Shown here piece by piece: positions 44,892-55,227 of a stretch of DNA of 64,000 nt. The notes below the pieces were generated by a model. It saw only the letters and a list, made by a program, of their open reading frames with translations. It made no database searches and was not told the origin of the DNA. The first letter of the stretch is position 1. Each line of letters opens with the position of its first letter. The DNA is from Gemmatales bacterium (GTDB lineage: Bacteria > Planctomycetota > Planctomycetia > Gemmatales > HRBIN36), in contig DAOMFV010000001.1 of assembly GCA_035430005.1 (NCBI GenBank), positions 25,619 through 89,618 on the forward strand. Direction: 5' to 3'. Made by a program: the position numbers and the translations under genes.

Positions 44892-45026
44892 GCCCCATCC
44901 TTGAAAAAAGTAAGCCCGATGTCTTACCCAATCGGAATAACCCGCATTGCAGGTATCGTCCGCAAACCTTACGCTGCTTAAGAAGGCACGAGTTAATGAA
45001 AGAGAAACAATGAGGGTACTGAGAAA

Positions 45027-46316
45027 ATGCGTAATATAGGTTGCCTTGGTTTGATGTTCTTGCTGGCTATTCCGCTATATGCTCAACACTCTGCGGAATA
45101 CCGGATGAGGCAGGCAGGCACTCGGCTACAGACGCTTCATAACAAATTTGATGAAGCCGATTTGCAATGGTTCACCCCCGACTTTTTCCAAGTGGTCCCC
45201 CGTGAGAAACTCATCGAAGGGCTCAAGTACAACGGCAAACAACTCGGGGAGATTCAGCGCGTTCGTATCTGCAGGATCACCGATCCTTGGTCGGGGGAGT
45301 TGGAGTTGATCGGTGAGGGTGACAAGCGGATGCGAGTCATCGTGAGGCTGGAAACAGGACCGCAGTCTCGTATTAATTACGTCCTGTTCAACCCCATTGA
45401 TATGGCGGACGACACCTGGGCCAAACTTGAGAGCGACCTGGCCAAGCTGCCTGGAAAGAATGGTGTCAGCGTCTGGAAGCTGACAACAAAGATCGAGAAG
45501 CTCTTCTCGCGCAATGCCACAGAATCGCTGGCGGTGGGGTCATCGCTCAAGCTGCTGATACTTAGTCTTTTGTGCGACGACATTGCAGCAGGGAAACGTA
45601 AATGGAGTGACCTGGTCACGCTGCGTGAAGAGGCACGATCACTTCCTTCCGGCCAGTTGCAGGATTGGCCGGTTGGTAGCCCGGTGACCTTGCATACCCT
45701 GGCCACGCTGATGCTTTCACGGAGCGACAACACTGCCGCAGATCATCTCATGCTAACTTTGGGTCGTGAAGCCCTCGAAGAACATCAAAAGAAAGTGAAC
45801 ATACTCCACCCGGAGCGCAATCAACCCTTCCTACGCACCAATGAGTTGTTCAAGTTGAAACTCGTCCTGACACCGCAAGAGGCTCAATCGTTCCTGGAAC
45901 GCACACCCGGAAACAAGCGAGACTATCTGTCTGAACTGGCCAAGGTTCCCCTCCGGACGCCGCGCGTACCCGATGTCCCCCAGAACATCGATCAAATTGA
46001 ATGGTTCTTTTGCACCGAAGACCTGGCAAGACTGATGGATCGATTACGGCAATCACCGGTGCATGGTGAAGTCTTACCTTTGCTCGCCATCACCAGGCCC
46101 TTTGACATCGATGACTTTGCCTGGAAGTACCTGGGCTTCAAAGGAGGCGCTGAAGTAGGCGTGCTGAATCTCTCGCTGCTGGGGCAGTTACGTTCTAATT
46201 CTGATTGGTATGCTTTTTCGTTCACCTGGAATGATTCTCAAAAACCCTTGAACGAACCTCTCTGGATTCGGTTCGTCGAACGCTCGCTACGTTTGGTGGA
46301 ACGCGGAAGAAAATGA
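45027..46316 (+). CDS. Class A beta-lactamase-related serine hydrolase with extra N-terminal domain
   Basis: The N-terminus is signal-like. Contains SxxK (GSSLK), SDN (SRSDNTAADHL) and a KTG-like FKGGAEVG. Confidence 0.65.
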   Translation: MRNIGCLGLMFLLAIPLYAQHSAEYRMRQAGTRLQTLHNKFDEADLQWFTPDFFQVVPREKLIEGLKYNGKQLGEIQRVRICRITDPWSGELELIGEGDKRMRVIVRLETGPQSRINYVLFNPIDMADDTWAKLESDLAKLPGKNGVSVWKLTTKIEKLFSRNATESLAVGSSLKLLILSLLCDDIAAGKRKWSDLVTLREEARSLPSGQLQDWPVGSPVTLHTLATLMLSRSDNTAADHLMLTLGREALEEHQKKVNILHPERNQPFLRTNELFKLKLVLTPQEAQSFLERTPGNKRDYLSELAKVPLRTPRVPDVPQNIDQIEWFFCTEDLARLMDRLRQSPVHGEVLPLLAITRPFDIDDFAWKYLGFKGGAEVGVLNLSLLGQLRSNSDWYAFSFTWNDSQKPLNEPLWIRFVERSLRLVERGRK

Positions 46317-46486
46317 AGAGTACGAGTTTGAGTATAAAAGCGGGGTTTTATGCTTTGACAATGATACTTCATGCCGTAACATCACAGTGACGTAAACCGC
46401 AAACAGGATGCCCGTAACCAAAAGAACCGACGGCATGGCCGTAAGGTGACTGCGAGGCATCCCCTATTTTCCCTGAGCACGCTGGC

Positions 46487-49400
46487 ATGATCACGAACGA
46501 CGCGCCCCTGAATGAGACCGAGGCTGCGCCCCCGATTCCTCCCGACAGCAACTCTGCCACGCCGTCGGAGCCTGTCCTTGCCGCGCCCTCTGTCGATACG
46601 CCAGGAGCTGCTCAGGAGTCACCAACTGAGACGGTAACTGCTCCCAGCCCAGCAGTCCTGCCTGCTGTTCCCGAAGTTACTGTTCATTTTGATCTGGGTC
46701 GCATCGCTCAGGACCTGCAGATACGCAAAGTGCAGGTCGACGCGGTGGTGCATCTACTCGATGAAGGCAATACCATTCCCTTCATCACCCGCTACCGTAA
46801 GGAACGTACCGGCGGCCTGAATGAAGATGTGCTTCGTCAAATTCAAAAGCGCGTACAGCAACAACGCACCCTGGCTGAACGGAAGCAGACCATCCTCCGC
46901 AATATCACCACCCAGGGCAAGCTTACTGATGAACTGCGGGAAGCCATCCTGCACTGCGATCATCCCAAGCGGCTCGAAGATTTGTATCTGCCCTACAAGC
47001 CCAAGAAGAAGTCGCTCGCCGCCGCTGCCCGAGAAAAAGGTTTGGGTGAACTGGCTGCGTCTATTTGGAACCGTGATCCGGTCGTTAGCAACCTGACGGA
47101 ACTCCTTCCGACGTTACTCAATCCTGAAAAGGGCCTCAACACCGCTGAAGACATTCTGACCGGCGTGGGTCACATTCTAGCTGAGCAGATCGCTGAGCTC
47201 CCTGAAGTACGTGATCTCGGTCGCCGCTTCCTTTGGGATACAGCCAGGCTTGTCGTCACTAAGAACGACAATGTGGCCGAGGGACAAGGCATCGAGTTCA
47301 AGGACTATTTCACTTACAATGAACTAGCCCGGCAAATTCCTCCTCACCGTATCCTTGCCATCAATCGAGGCGAACGGGAAAACGTCCTCAAGGCGAAGTT
47401 CGACGCGGATCTGGTTCGGCTGCATGGCTATGCGCTGGATCGGCTACCCTTGCACGAACATCCTCATGCCGGGCTGATCTCCGGGTTCGCTCAGGATGCG
47501 GTCAATCGACTCCTGGCTCCCAGCATCGAACGGGAAATCCGCCGCGACCTGACCGAGCGTGCCGAAGACCACGCCATCGTAGTCTTCGCCCGCAATCTAC
47601 GTCGTCTGCTGCTCCAGCCGCCGGTTCATGGCAAGCGTATCTTAGGCATTGATCCTGCCTACCGTACCGGTTGCAAGCTGGCTGCGCTGGATGAAACAGG
47701 CAACCTGCTCGATACCACCACGATCTATCCCTTCGGCGGATCGAACCAGCCCAAGTGGGAAAAGAAAAAGAAGAAGGACAAGAAGGGCAAAGAAGAGAAG
47801 GCAGAAGTAGCAACCGCACCGGCAACTCAACCTGTTGCAGACGCCGCTGCGCCTGCCGTCGAAGCTGCTGCACCCGAAACACCGGCATCTGTGGAAAGTG
47901 AACCCCCCGTCGCTGAAGCGCCTGCCGCCGAGGCGGCACCGGTTGCTGTCGATGTCCCTGCGGCTGAACCAGCATCTGCCTCCATCGATGCCACCGCCGA
48001 AGTCGCAGCTACTCGCAAAGCGGAGGCTCGGGCCAAACTGATCGAGTTCGCCAGGCAGCATCAGTGCAACGTCATCGCTATTGGCAATGGTACGGCCAGC
48101 CGGGAGACGGAAGAACTGGTCGCCGCCGCTATTGCCGAGGCACTTCCTGGCGTGGCTTACATCATCGTCAATGAGGCGGGAGCCAGTCACTACTCCACCA
48201 GCCCGATTGCCCGTGAAGAGTTTCCCAGTCACGATGCGACAGCACGTGGCACCATCTCCATCGGTCGCCGACTGGTCGACCCGCTCAGTGAGCTGGTTAA
48301 GATCGATCCGCAGAACCTGGGCGTTGGCCTCTACCAGCACGACATTGCCGAGAAGCGCCTGAAGGAATCGCTGGAAGGTGTTGTTGAATCGTGCGTGAAC
48401 TACGTCGGCGTCGATCTGAACACCGCCAGCGCTCCCCTGCTCCGTTATGTCGCGGGTCTCAATCAATTGCGGGCGCACGCCATCGTCGATTACCGCAAGG
48501 AAAAGGGACCGTTCAAGTCTCGTGAAGAACTGCGTGCCGTACCCGGCATTGGCGAGATTACCTACACCCAGGCAGCAGGATTTCTCCGAATCCCCAATGC
48601 TGAGAACCCGTTTGATAACTCGGCGATCCATCCCGAAAGTTACGGTGCTGCTGCCAGGTTGCTGGAAAAAGTCAGCCTGACCCCTGCTGTGCTTTCCGAT
48701 GGTGCCGCTCTCCTTGAACTCAAGAGCAAGCTCGCTGCTCTGCCCGCCGAGACGATAGCCACCGAACTGGGCATCGGCCTGCCGACACTGCACGACCTCA
48801 TCGATGCTATCGTTAAGCCCGGTCGCGATCCTCGTTCTGAGTTGCCGGAGCCGATCTTCAAGAAGGGCATCCTTCAGATTGAAGACCTGAAGCCAGGGTC
48901 AGAACTCAAGGGCACCGTACAGAACGTGGTCGATTTCGGCGCTTTTGTCGATGTTGGTCTCAAGGATTCAGGCCTCGTTCACATCAGTCAGCTTGCCAAC
49001 AAGTTCATTAAGAGCCCATACGACATTGTTTCCGTTGGCGACATTGTCAGTGTCTGGGTGATGGCTGTCGATATGGAACGACGCCGCGTCTCGCTGACCA
49101 TGATTGCTCCGGGTACCGAACGCAAGCAACATGAACGTCACCCTTACGCTCAGGGTCAGGAACAGGGTGGCCAGCCGTTCCGTCGTGAACAGCGTCAAGA
49201 TCGTCCACCGCGCGGGCCTCGGCCGGATGGCCCCAGACCAACTGGTAATGAACCGCAACAAGGTCAACACAGAGAGGGGCAACGCCGATTTGACCAGCGC
49301 GGTCAGGATCAACGTGGCCAGGGCAGACACCAGGGCGGTGGCGGACGCTTTGGCGGTGGACGCCGTATGCCGCCTCGTCATGGCTCGAACGAAGGATCGG

Positions 49401-49651
49401 TTCCACAACACCCGCCCGAACCGCCTCATCCTCCAGTCAAGCGTAAGGAAAAGCCCAAGCCCAAACTTACCGAGGCGGCATTGGCCGGAAAAGCGCCCCT
49501 TCGTACCTTTGGTGAACTGAAGGCACTCTTTGAGACGAAAAAATCCGACGACGAGCCGACCGGAACGCCTCTTCCGGTCACTGAGCATGTCGCTCCGCCA
49601 GCCAGCCCGATCGAATCGAAGCCGGCAGATTCTCAGACAGCAGCCGAATAG
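46487..49651 (+). CDS. tex: Tex-like transcription accessory protein (S1 domain) with low-complexity insertions
   Basis: Contains NTIPFITRYRKERTGGL, a YqgF/RuvC-like region (GIDPAYRTGCKLA...AIGNGTASRE), HhH motifs and an S1 domain (GTVQNVVDFGAFVDVGLKDSGLVHISQL). It is 1054 aa long, against roughly 750-800 aa for typical Tex proteins. Confidence 0.88.
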   Translation: MITNDAPLNETEAAPPIPPDSNSATPSEPVLAAPSVDTPGAAQESPTETVTAPSPAVLPAVPEVTVHFDLGRIAQDLQIRKVQVDAVVHLLDEGNTIPFITRYRKERTGGLNEDVLRQIQKRVQQQRTLAERKQTILRNITTQGKLTDELREAILHCDHPKRLEDLYLPYKPKKKSLAAAAREKGLGELAASIWNRDPVVSNLTELLPTLLNPEKGLNTAEDILTGVGHILAEQIAELPEVRDLGRRFLWDTARLVVTKNDNVAEGQGIEFKDYFTYNELARQIPPHRILAINRGERENVLKAKFDADLVRLHGYALDRLPLHEHPHAGLISGFAQDAVNRLLAPSIEREIRRDLTERAEDHAIVVFARNLRRLLLQPPVHGKRILGIDPAYRTGCKLAALDETGNLLDTTTIYPFGGSNQPKWEKKKKKDKKGKEEKAEVATAPATQPVADAAAPAVEAAAPETPASVESEPPVAEAPAAEAAPVAVDVPAAEPASASIDATAEVAATRKAEARAKLIEFARQHQCNVIAIGNGTASRETEELVAAAIAEALPGVAYIIVNEAGASHYSTSPIAREEFPSHDATARGTISIGRRLVDPLSELVKIDPQNLGVGLYQHDIAEKRLKESLEGVVESCVNYVGVDLNTASAPLLRYVAGLNQLRAHAIVDYRKEKGPFKSREELRAVPGIGEITYTQAAGFLRIPNAENPFDNSAIHPESYGAAARLLEKVSLTPAVLSDGAALLELKSKLAALPAETIATELGIGLPTLHDLIDAIVKPGRDPRSELPEPIFKKGILQIEDLKPGSELKGTVQNVVDFGAFVDVGLKDSGLVHISQLANKFIKSPYDIVSVGDIVSVWVMAVDMERRRVSLTMIAPGTERKQHERHPYAQGQEQGGQPFRREQRQDRPPRGPRPDGPRPTGNEPQQGQHREGQRRFDQRGQDQRGQGRHQGGGGRFGGGRRMPPRHGSNEGSVPQHPPEPPHPPVKRKEKPKPKLTEAALAGKAPLRTFGELKALFETKKSDDEPTGTPLPVTEHVAPPASPIESKPADSQTAAE

Positions 49652-49795
49652 AGCTGTTTCCCGTTCACGATTTACAGCTAACTTTCTCAGCGCTACACAG
49701 TTTGAGCCAAATATTTGCTTGATACTGCCAACGCCGACAGAGTTTGCGAGTTATACTGGTAGTACCCTGCATCTGATTCATTTCAGGATGTTCCC

Positions 49796-50596
49796 ATGGC
49801 AGTCAAGAGTTCACCCAACATTGTTCTTGATACTCCCCCCCCCGCAGAAAAGTGGGAGTCCGAAGATGAATTTGAAGCACGATTGAATCGTATCCAATCG
49901 AAAGTAGACATCAGCGAGAACAAGCCCAAGTCTGAACTTAACATTTGCCTCGATTCCGACGAAGTCGCCAGGCTGAAACACGAGAACGCACAACTCCGGC
50001 AGCTTGGCGAGGAGGCACGACGTCGCATTACTCAACTCGAAGCAGAAGCTGTCAAGGTTCTCAAGCGGGATGCTGACGTCGAAAAGATGCTCGAAGAGAA
50101 GTCGGAACAGATTCGCGAGATGGAAAAGGTCATTGACGAGTTGCAGGCCAAGCAATCGTCCGGAGTCTCTGAAGAAGAACTCATCGCTCTGCACGGCGAG
50201 TTGGAACGAGAACGCGAAACGCTGGAAGAGGATCGGCAGTCGATGGAAGGGCAGTTCCGCCAACTGGAACTGAGTATGGCCCGAGAACGCGCTGAGATAG
50301 CCAGGGAACGCAATGAACTGAAGCGCACCATGGCCGAACTGAAGCTCAAACTGGAGACTATTGAGAAAAGCTCGCAGAATGACATGTCGCCACTCCGTCG
50401 TCTACGGGATGAACTTCGCAGAGATCCGGCAGGCCTCTTGACCCCTGGAGGCACTACGCCGACCTACCAGTCTCCTACCGGCGGCCCTGCTCCACTTCCC
50501 AACTTGCCCGCCATCAATCGCCGTGCCCCGGAGGGCGAAGACACCCCTCGCCGCAGTGGTATCCTCAGCCGATTCCTCGGCAAGAAAGATGAGTAG
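49796..50596 (+). CDS. Coiled-coil hypothetical protein
   Basis: The 266-aa ORF has a central heptad-rich, Glu/Arg/Leu-dominated section and no recognisable catalytic motif. Confidence 0.55.
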   Translation: MAVKSSPNIVLDTPPPAEKWESEDEFEARLNRIQSKVDISENKPKSELNICLDSDEVARLKHENAQLRQLGEEARRRITQLEAEAVKVLKRDADVEKMLEEKSEQIREMEKVIDELQAKQSSGVSEEELIALHGELERERETLEEDRQSMEGQFRQLELSMARERAEIARERNELKRTMAELKLKLETIEKSSQNDMSPLRRLRDELRRDPAGLLTPGGTTPTYQSPTGGPAPLPNLPAINRRAPEGEDTPRRSGILSRFLGKKDE

Positions 50597-50702
50597 TCGC
50601 TGAGCGCGTGCGCCAATTGCTCTAAAATCTCCTCGCCTTCGCCTTGCTCCATCAAGTACACTGGGAGGATATTCCGTATTTCCCTTTTGGAGCATGTAGA
50701 CA

Positions 50703-51125
50703 ATGAAGCGAGCATGGATCTTTTCTTCCCTGATGCTGGCGATAGTCCTAGGCTGGGGCGCTCAAACCCTGTGGGCGAAACATCTTGAAGAAGCCAACCG
50801 CGTCTTTGAGCTGCGTATCTACTCCGTGCTGCCTGGCCGCATGGATGCCATGAATACCCGCTTCAAGGACCATACCAATGGCCTTTTGACCAAGCATGGC
50901 ATGACGTTGATCGGCTTCTGGCAGCCCCAGGGCGAAGACGCCAACAAGAAGCTCTACTACCTGGTGGCTCACAAGAACCGCAAGGCTGCTGAAGCAAGCT
51001 GGAAGGCCTTCGTCGCTGATCCCGCCTGGATCAAGGCTCGGGACGCCTCCGAAGCAGATGGCAAGATCGTCTCAAAGATCGAGACTATCTGGCTCGATCC
51101 CACCGCCTATTCCATGATGAAGTAG
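50703..51125 (+). CDS. NIPSNAP-family protein with signal peptide
   Basis: Contains FELRIYSVLPGRMDAMNTRFKDHTNGLLTKHGMTLIGFW and has a hydrophobic N-terminus. Confidence 0.75.
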   Translation: MKRAWIFSSLMLAIVLGWGAQTLWAKHLEEANRVFELRIYSVLPGRMDAMNTRFKDHTNGLLTKHGMTLIGFWQPQGEDANKKLYYLVAHKNRKAAEASWKAFVADPAWIKARDASEADGKIVSKIETIWLDPTAYSMMK

Positions 51126-51144
51126 TTGAGAGTCATCTTCCTGA

Positions 51145-52401
51145 GTGATGCCCATGCATGCTGTCGTTCTGCTTGCGTTTCTGTTTGCGCCACCCCCGGA
51201 GAATGCGACCCATTCCTGGCCCCGCTTCCGTGGGCCCAACGGTTCCGGCCAGGGTATTGGCCTGAATTGGCCGGTAGACTGGAACGAGAAGGCCATGCTG
51301 TGGAAGGTGCCGTTGCCTGGTGAAGGCCACGGTTCCCCGGTCATTGACAATGGCCGCGTCTATCTTCAGGCTGCCGACAAGAGTGGCCAGGAACGACTGG
51401 TGATGTGCCTGAGCGGCAGCGATGGCAGCCTCTTGTGGAAACAGTCCATCGCAGGTAAGCGTTCTGCGATGCACAAGAAGAACTCGCTGGCTTCCGGTAC
51501 CGCAGCCTGCGACGGGCAGCGGGTCTACTTCTGTCACTGGGATGGCTCGGCTGTCAGTCTGGCTGCATACCAATGCACCGATGGCAAACCTCTCTGGACG
51601 GTGCCTTTGGGCAAACACGAAAGTCAGCATGGAGCAGGCTATTCTCCCATCGTCTCTCAAGACAAGGTGATTGCTGTCAGCGATGGCGACACTCATGCGG
51701 AAGTCTTCTGTGTCGATGCCGGGACCGGCAAAGTGCTGTGGACACAGAAACGACAGCACTTTCGCGCAAGTTACTGCACACCTCTGGTACGATCCAGTCA
51801 TCAAGGTAATGAAGTCATCGTCTCCAGCACTGCGGGGCTGACCGGCTATGATCTGGCGACCGGGCATCCCAACTGGAACTGGTCCTGGCCGTTTGAAACC
51901 AAGCCCCTGCGCAGTGTCAGTTCGCCGGTGCTCAGTACTGGCAATATCCTGCTGGCTTCCGCCGGAGATGGCGGAGGCGATCGAGACACGATTGCGGTCA
52001 AGTTACCTCAAGGCGATACGACCGAAGATCGGATACCGCACCTGCTCTGGCAACTGCGCCGTGATGTTCCCTATGTTACCTGTTTCCTGGAGCAGAACAG
52101 CCAGGTCTACTATGTCGCTGACAAAGGCGTGGCGGGCTGTCTCGAACTCAAGACGGGCAAAGCAAGCTGGACACAGCGGCTGGCAGGTAACTTCACCTCC
52201 TCGCCGTTGCTCGTTGATGGCAAAGTGATCGGCATCAACGAGGAGGGGGAACTCTTTGTGTTTACCGCCAGTCCAAAGAAGTATGAGAATATCGGACGGC
52301 TCAAGCTCGGCGAAGGCGTCCTCGCCTCGCCGGCGCTGGCGGATGGCAGGCTCTATGTTCGTGGACAGGAACATCTCTTTTGCATCGGAGCTGCGAAGTG
52401 A
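51145..52401 (+). CDS. PQQ-like beta-propeller repeat protein (BamB-like fold), secreted
   Basis: Starts WPRFRGPNGSG, then carries repeated GSPVIDNGRVY / LWK..G blades, and ends GRLYVRGQEHLFCIG. Confidence 0.8.
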   Translation: MMPMHAVVLLAFLFAPPPENATHSWPRFRGPNGSGQGIGLNWPVDWNEKAMLWKVPLPGEGHGSPVIDNGRVYLQAADKSGQERLVMCLSGSDGSLLWKQSIAGKRSAMHKKNSLASGTAACDGQRVYFCHWDGSAVSLAAYQCTDGKPLWTVPLGKHESQHGAGYSPIVSQDKVIAVSDGDTHAEVFCVDAGTGKVLWTQKRQHFRASYCTPLVRSSHQGNEVIVSSTAGLTGYDLATGHPNWNWSWPFETKPLRSVSSPVLSTGNILLASAGDGGGDRDTIAVKLPQGDTTEDRIPHLLWQLRRDVPYVTCFLEQNSQVYYVADKGVAGCLELKTGKASWTQRLAGNFTSSPLLVDGKVIGINEEGELFVFTASPKKYENIGRLKLGEGVLASPALADGRLYVRGQEHLFCIGAAK

Positions 52402-52402
52402 G

Positions 52403-53824
52403 ATGAAGAGGCACATGCATATCTCCGCAAGGTACTCCCTCGCTTGCGCTTTAGGCTGCCGTGGTGTTGGTGTGTTGCTTTCATTGGTTCTTTTCTGCCT
52501 GTTGATCGCCTCGTCCATTGCCCAGGAAAGCCCGACCCCCAGGCTCGAGTTTGATCAACTCACCCTCCACAATGGCAGCCGGGTGGAAGGTGTGGTGGTG
52601 GAAGAAGCCACGCAGTACATTCGTTTTCGGTTTCTCGCCAGTAAGCCAGGTGTTCGCACCTTGGTATTTGAGGTGATCTACGATCGCACAGAAATTGCCG
52701 GCATCAGCAAAGCAAAGGAGCCTGGTCGCACGCTGGCCAGGGAACATTTCAACAAGATTGAAACCAGCAAGAAGCGGGAAGCAACAAAGGTTCAGCAGCT
52801 TCCCCTGCTCCCAGCCCCCTGGATCGAAGGCGGCGGCAACGCTCTGTTATATCAGGGCCTTTACTTCGAACTGCTTTCCAATGCTCAGGAAAGCCTTGTC
52901 AGGCTGGTTGCCGTCAGGCTCGATGAAATCTTCGGGGCCTACGTCAACACCCTCGGCCAGCGTCACCAGCCCAAGAAGCCTGTCCGTATTATCCTCTTCC
53001 ATACGCTTGCCGAGTATCGTGCCTGGCAGGAGAAGAAAGGCATCTCGATACTGAACCCGGCAGTGTACGACGCCAAAGCCGATGAGATTCTCGTTGGTTC
53101 TGATCTGGAGAACCAGGTACGACAATTGGAAGAACTGAAACTCAAGCACCAGCAACAGCTCAAGGAGCTCACTGACCAAAAGAAGAAGCTGGAGAAGCAC
53201 TACAGCGGCCAGCCCCCTGCTCTGCTTACGAAACAAATTCAGCAACTCACTTATCAACTGCAGACCCTGCATACCGAGAATGAAGCCGCCTTTGCCAGGA
53301 TCGAAGCGGCGTTCTACTCGATTCTTTATCATGAAGCTTTTCATGCTTATCTCGACCAATGGGTTTTTCCTTCGACAACCTACTATGTACCGCGCTGGCT
53401 CAACGAAGGCCTGGCCCAGATCTACGAGAGCGCATTCGTCGAAGTCGATCAACTCAAGATTGGCCGCATTGATGAAAAACGTCTGCTCGAGATTCAAGAC
53501 GAAGTGCGTCGTGGCCGCTTCATGACCATCAGGGAGATACTCCAGGCTCCTCCACAGCAGTTCTTCGTAAGGCATACACTGGAGAGTTTCGATGCGGACA
53601 GGCACTACAACGCCAGTTGGGCGCTGACGCACTTCCTGATGTTTGATTTGAAACTGCTCGGCAGCCCGGCCCTGGTGGAGTTCGTCAGCGCACCGGCCAG
53701 CGGCGATGAAGTGAAACGCTTTGAAAAACTGGTGGGCATGCCCATCGAACAATGTGAACAGCAATGGAAAGCTTATCTACTGCGACTGCGGACCGACGGA
53801 AGCCTCCGTCCCACTGGCAGCTAA
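52403..53824 (+). CDS. DUF1570-type protein with HExxH motif
   Basis: Contains LYHEAFHAYLDQ...WLNEGLAQIYE (HExxH plus a downstream Glu). A central coiled coil and an N-terminal TM/signal segment are present. The start at 52403 avoids overlap with the upstream gene. Confidence 0.7.
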   Translation: MKRHMHISARYSLACALGCRGVGVLLSLVLFCLLIASSIAQESPTPRLEFDQLTLHNGSRVEGVVVEEATQYIRFRFLASKPGVRTLVFEVIYDRTEIAGISKAKEPGRTLAREHFNKIETSKKREATKVQQLPLLPAPWIEGGGNALLYQGLYFELLSNAQESLVRLVAVRLDEIFGAYVNTLGQRHQPKKPVRIILFHTLAEYRAWQEKKGISILNPAVYDAKADEILVGSDLENQVRQLEELKLKHQQQLKELTDQKKKLEKHYSGQPPALLTKQIQQLTYQLQTLHTENEAAFARIEAAFYSILYHEAFHAYLDQWVFPSTTYYVPRWLNEGLAQIYESAFVEVDQLKIGRIDEKRLLEIQDEVRRGRFMTIREILQAPPQQFFVRHTLESFDADRHYNASWALTHFLMFDLKLLGSPALVEFVSAPASGDEVKRFEKLVGMPIEQCEQQWKAYLLRLRTDGSLRPTGS

Positions 53825-54523
53825 CGGTGGAATAGCCATCAACCCGGGTACCGGCCCTGTTTCAGTGTTGTGGGCCTGTGCCTCTTCCATTTTGACATGT
53901 TCAATCGCTTCTTCAGCCTCTTCTTCTTTCTCCCGGGCACGCATCCAGCGCAGGTAGAGAACTACTGCCACTACCAGGAATCCCACAAATGCAATGAGCA
54001 GGAGAACGTTCTGGGCCCGATGGATGTTGGCAATGATCTCCATAATCGTATCAGCTGCGAAATACCCGCCGAAGAAGAAGAATGTCACCAGCGGCACCGC
54101 TGAGATGGCATCGGCGACGCAGAACCTGCCTATCGGATATTGAATGACGCCGGCAGTAATGAACACGGCGGAACGCCAGCCAGGAATGAGCCGTGCTGTC
54201 AACATGAACCAGATACCGCGCTGCTGGAACTTGTGGGCGAACAACTGCACGCGTTCGGGCTTGAGGAACTTCTGTACGAACGGCCGGTTCATGAGACGGG
54301 GTCCGCCAATGCGACCGACGGCATAGAGGAACAGATCGGTGCCCAGCACCGCGGCGACGCAAATCAGCCAGGCAACGATCAAGATGGCATCGGGATACTT
54401 GTGCGTCAAGACGCCGAGAGTGACGACAGCAAATTCTTCGGGAACAAACGGCACAATACCAACGCCGGTCACGAAGATCCAGCTGACAATGCCCGCATAC
54501 ACATAGAGAGCGGCGAGATTCAA
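53777..54523 (-). CDS. DedA/VTT-family membrane protein
   Basis: Contains PFVPEEFAVVTLGVL and FMLTARLIPGWRSAVFITAGV, with multiple TM helices and an acidic C-terminal tail. Confidence 0.8.
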   Translation of the reverse strand: MNLAALYVYAGIVSWIFVTGVGIVPFVPEEFAVVTLGVLTHKYPDAILIVAWLICVAAVLGTDLFLYAVGRIGGPRLMNRPFVQKFLKPERVQLFAHKFQQRGIWFMLTARLIPGWRSAVFITAGVIQYPIGRFCVADAISAVPLVTFFFFGGYFAADTIMEIIANIHRAQNVLLLIAFVGFLVVAVVLYLRWMRAREKEEEAEEAIEHVKMEEAQAHNTETGPVPGLMAIPPLAASGTEASVGPQSQ

Positions 54524-54628
54524 TACAAAACCCTGAAGTTCGTGATTGCCTTACTCTTCCTTTGTTCTATGGTTCATTCGAGTGGTCATGAAGAGCATTT
54601 ACGTGCAAGGTGAAGGCAGCACAGGAAA

Positions 54629-55120
54629 TCAGTCAGCTTCCAGATCGCCCTCGGAAAGCACCGTGAAACCTTCGCGCTCCAATGTCTGGCTGCCGGTATC
54701 CTGATCGTCCACGTGGATGGCCAGCACCGGGCGATGGCTGGCGCTGCCGATCATGAGCGGGTAAGCGTAATGGATGTTGATCTCTGCAGCCAGCAGAGCC
54801 TTGCACACCTTGCCGAGTGGGGAATTGCCGGGAGGCAACTGCACCAGCAACAGGTTGGACTCAAGGAAAGCAAGCTTGGCCAGCTTGAGCGTCTCGGTGC
54901 CGCGCTCCGGATCGCTGAGGATCAAACGGATGACGGCGCAGTCAGCGGAATCGACCACCGTCATGGCGACGATGCGATTCCCGGAGGCTTCAATGCGGCG
55001 AACCAGGTCGAGCAGCGCCCCTACACGATTTTCGAGGAAGATGCTGAACTGCCTCACACCGGGATAGTCTCTCCCGCGGAGGGTGCTCAGTTCAGTGCCT
55101 CCCTGATCACCAAAGGTCAT
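54629..55120 (-). CDS. ACT-domain pair protein
   Basis: There are two ACT-like units (QFSIFLENRVGALLDLVRRIEASGNRIVAMTV and LLLVQLPPGNSPLGKVCKALLAAEINIHYAY). Confidence 0.7.
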   Translation of the reverse strand: MTFGDQGGTELSTLRGRDYPGVRQFSIFLENRVGALLDLVRRIEASGNRIVAMTVVDSADCAVIRLILSDPERGTETLKLAKLAFLESNLLLVQLPPGNSPLGKVCKALLAAEINIHYAYPLMIGSASHRPVLAIHVDDQDTGSQTLEREGFTVLSEGDLEAD

Positions 55121-55227
55121 TCACTGTTCTCCCCACCTGACGCTTTATCTGATCCTAACAAGTACCCTTCGCCGGTGCAATGAGTGACATCGTGCTGACA
55201 TGCAGATCACTACATCAAAGTTCGAGC

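Noticed and set aside
47642-48793. A 383-aa antisense ORF inside tex.
   Set aside because: This is a shadow ORF of low-complexity composition, lying opposite conserved Tex domains.
51133-51867. A 244-aa antisense ORF opposite the PQQ-propeller gene, and a 305-aa one at 52847-53764 opposite the DUF1570 gene.
   Set aside because: These are shadow ORFs without motifs. The sense-strand genes have clear family signatures.
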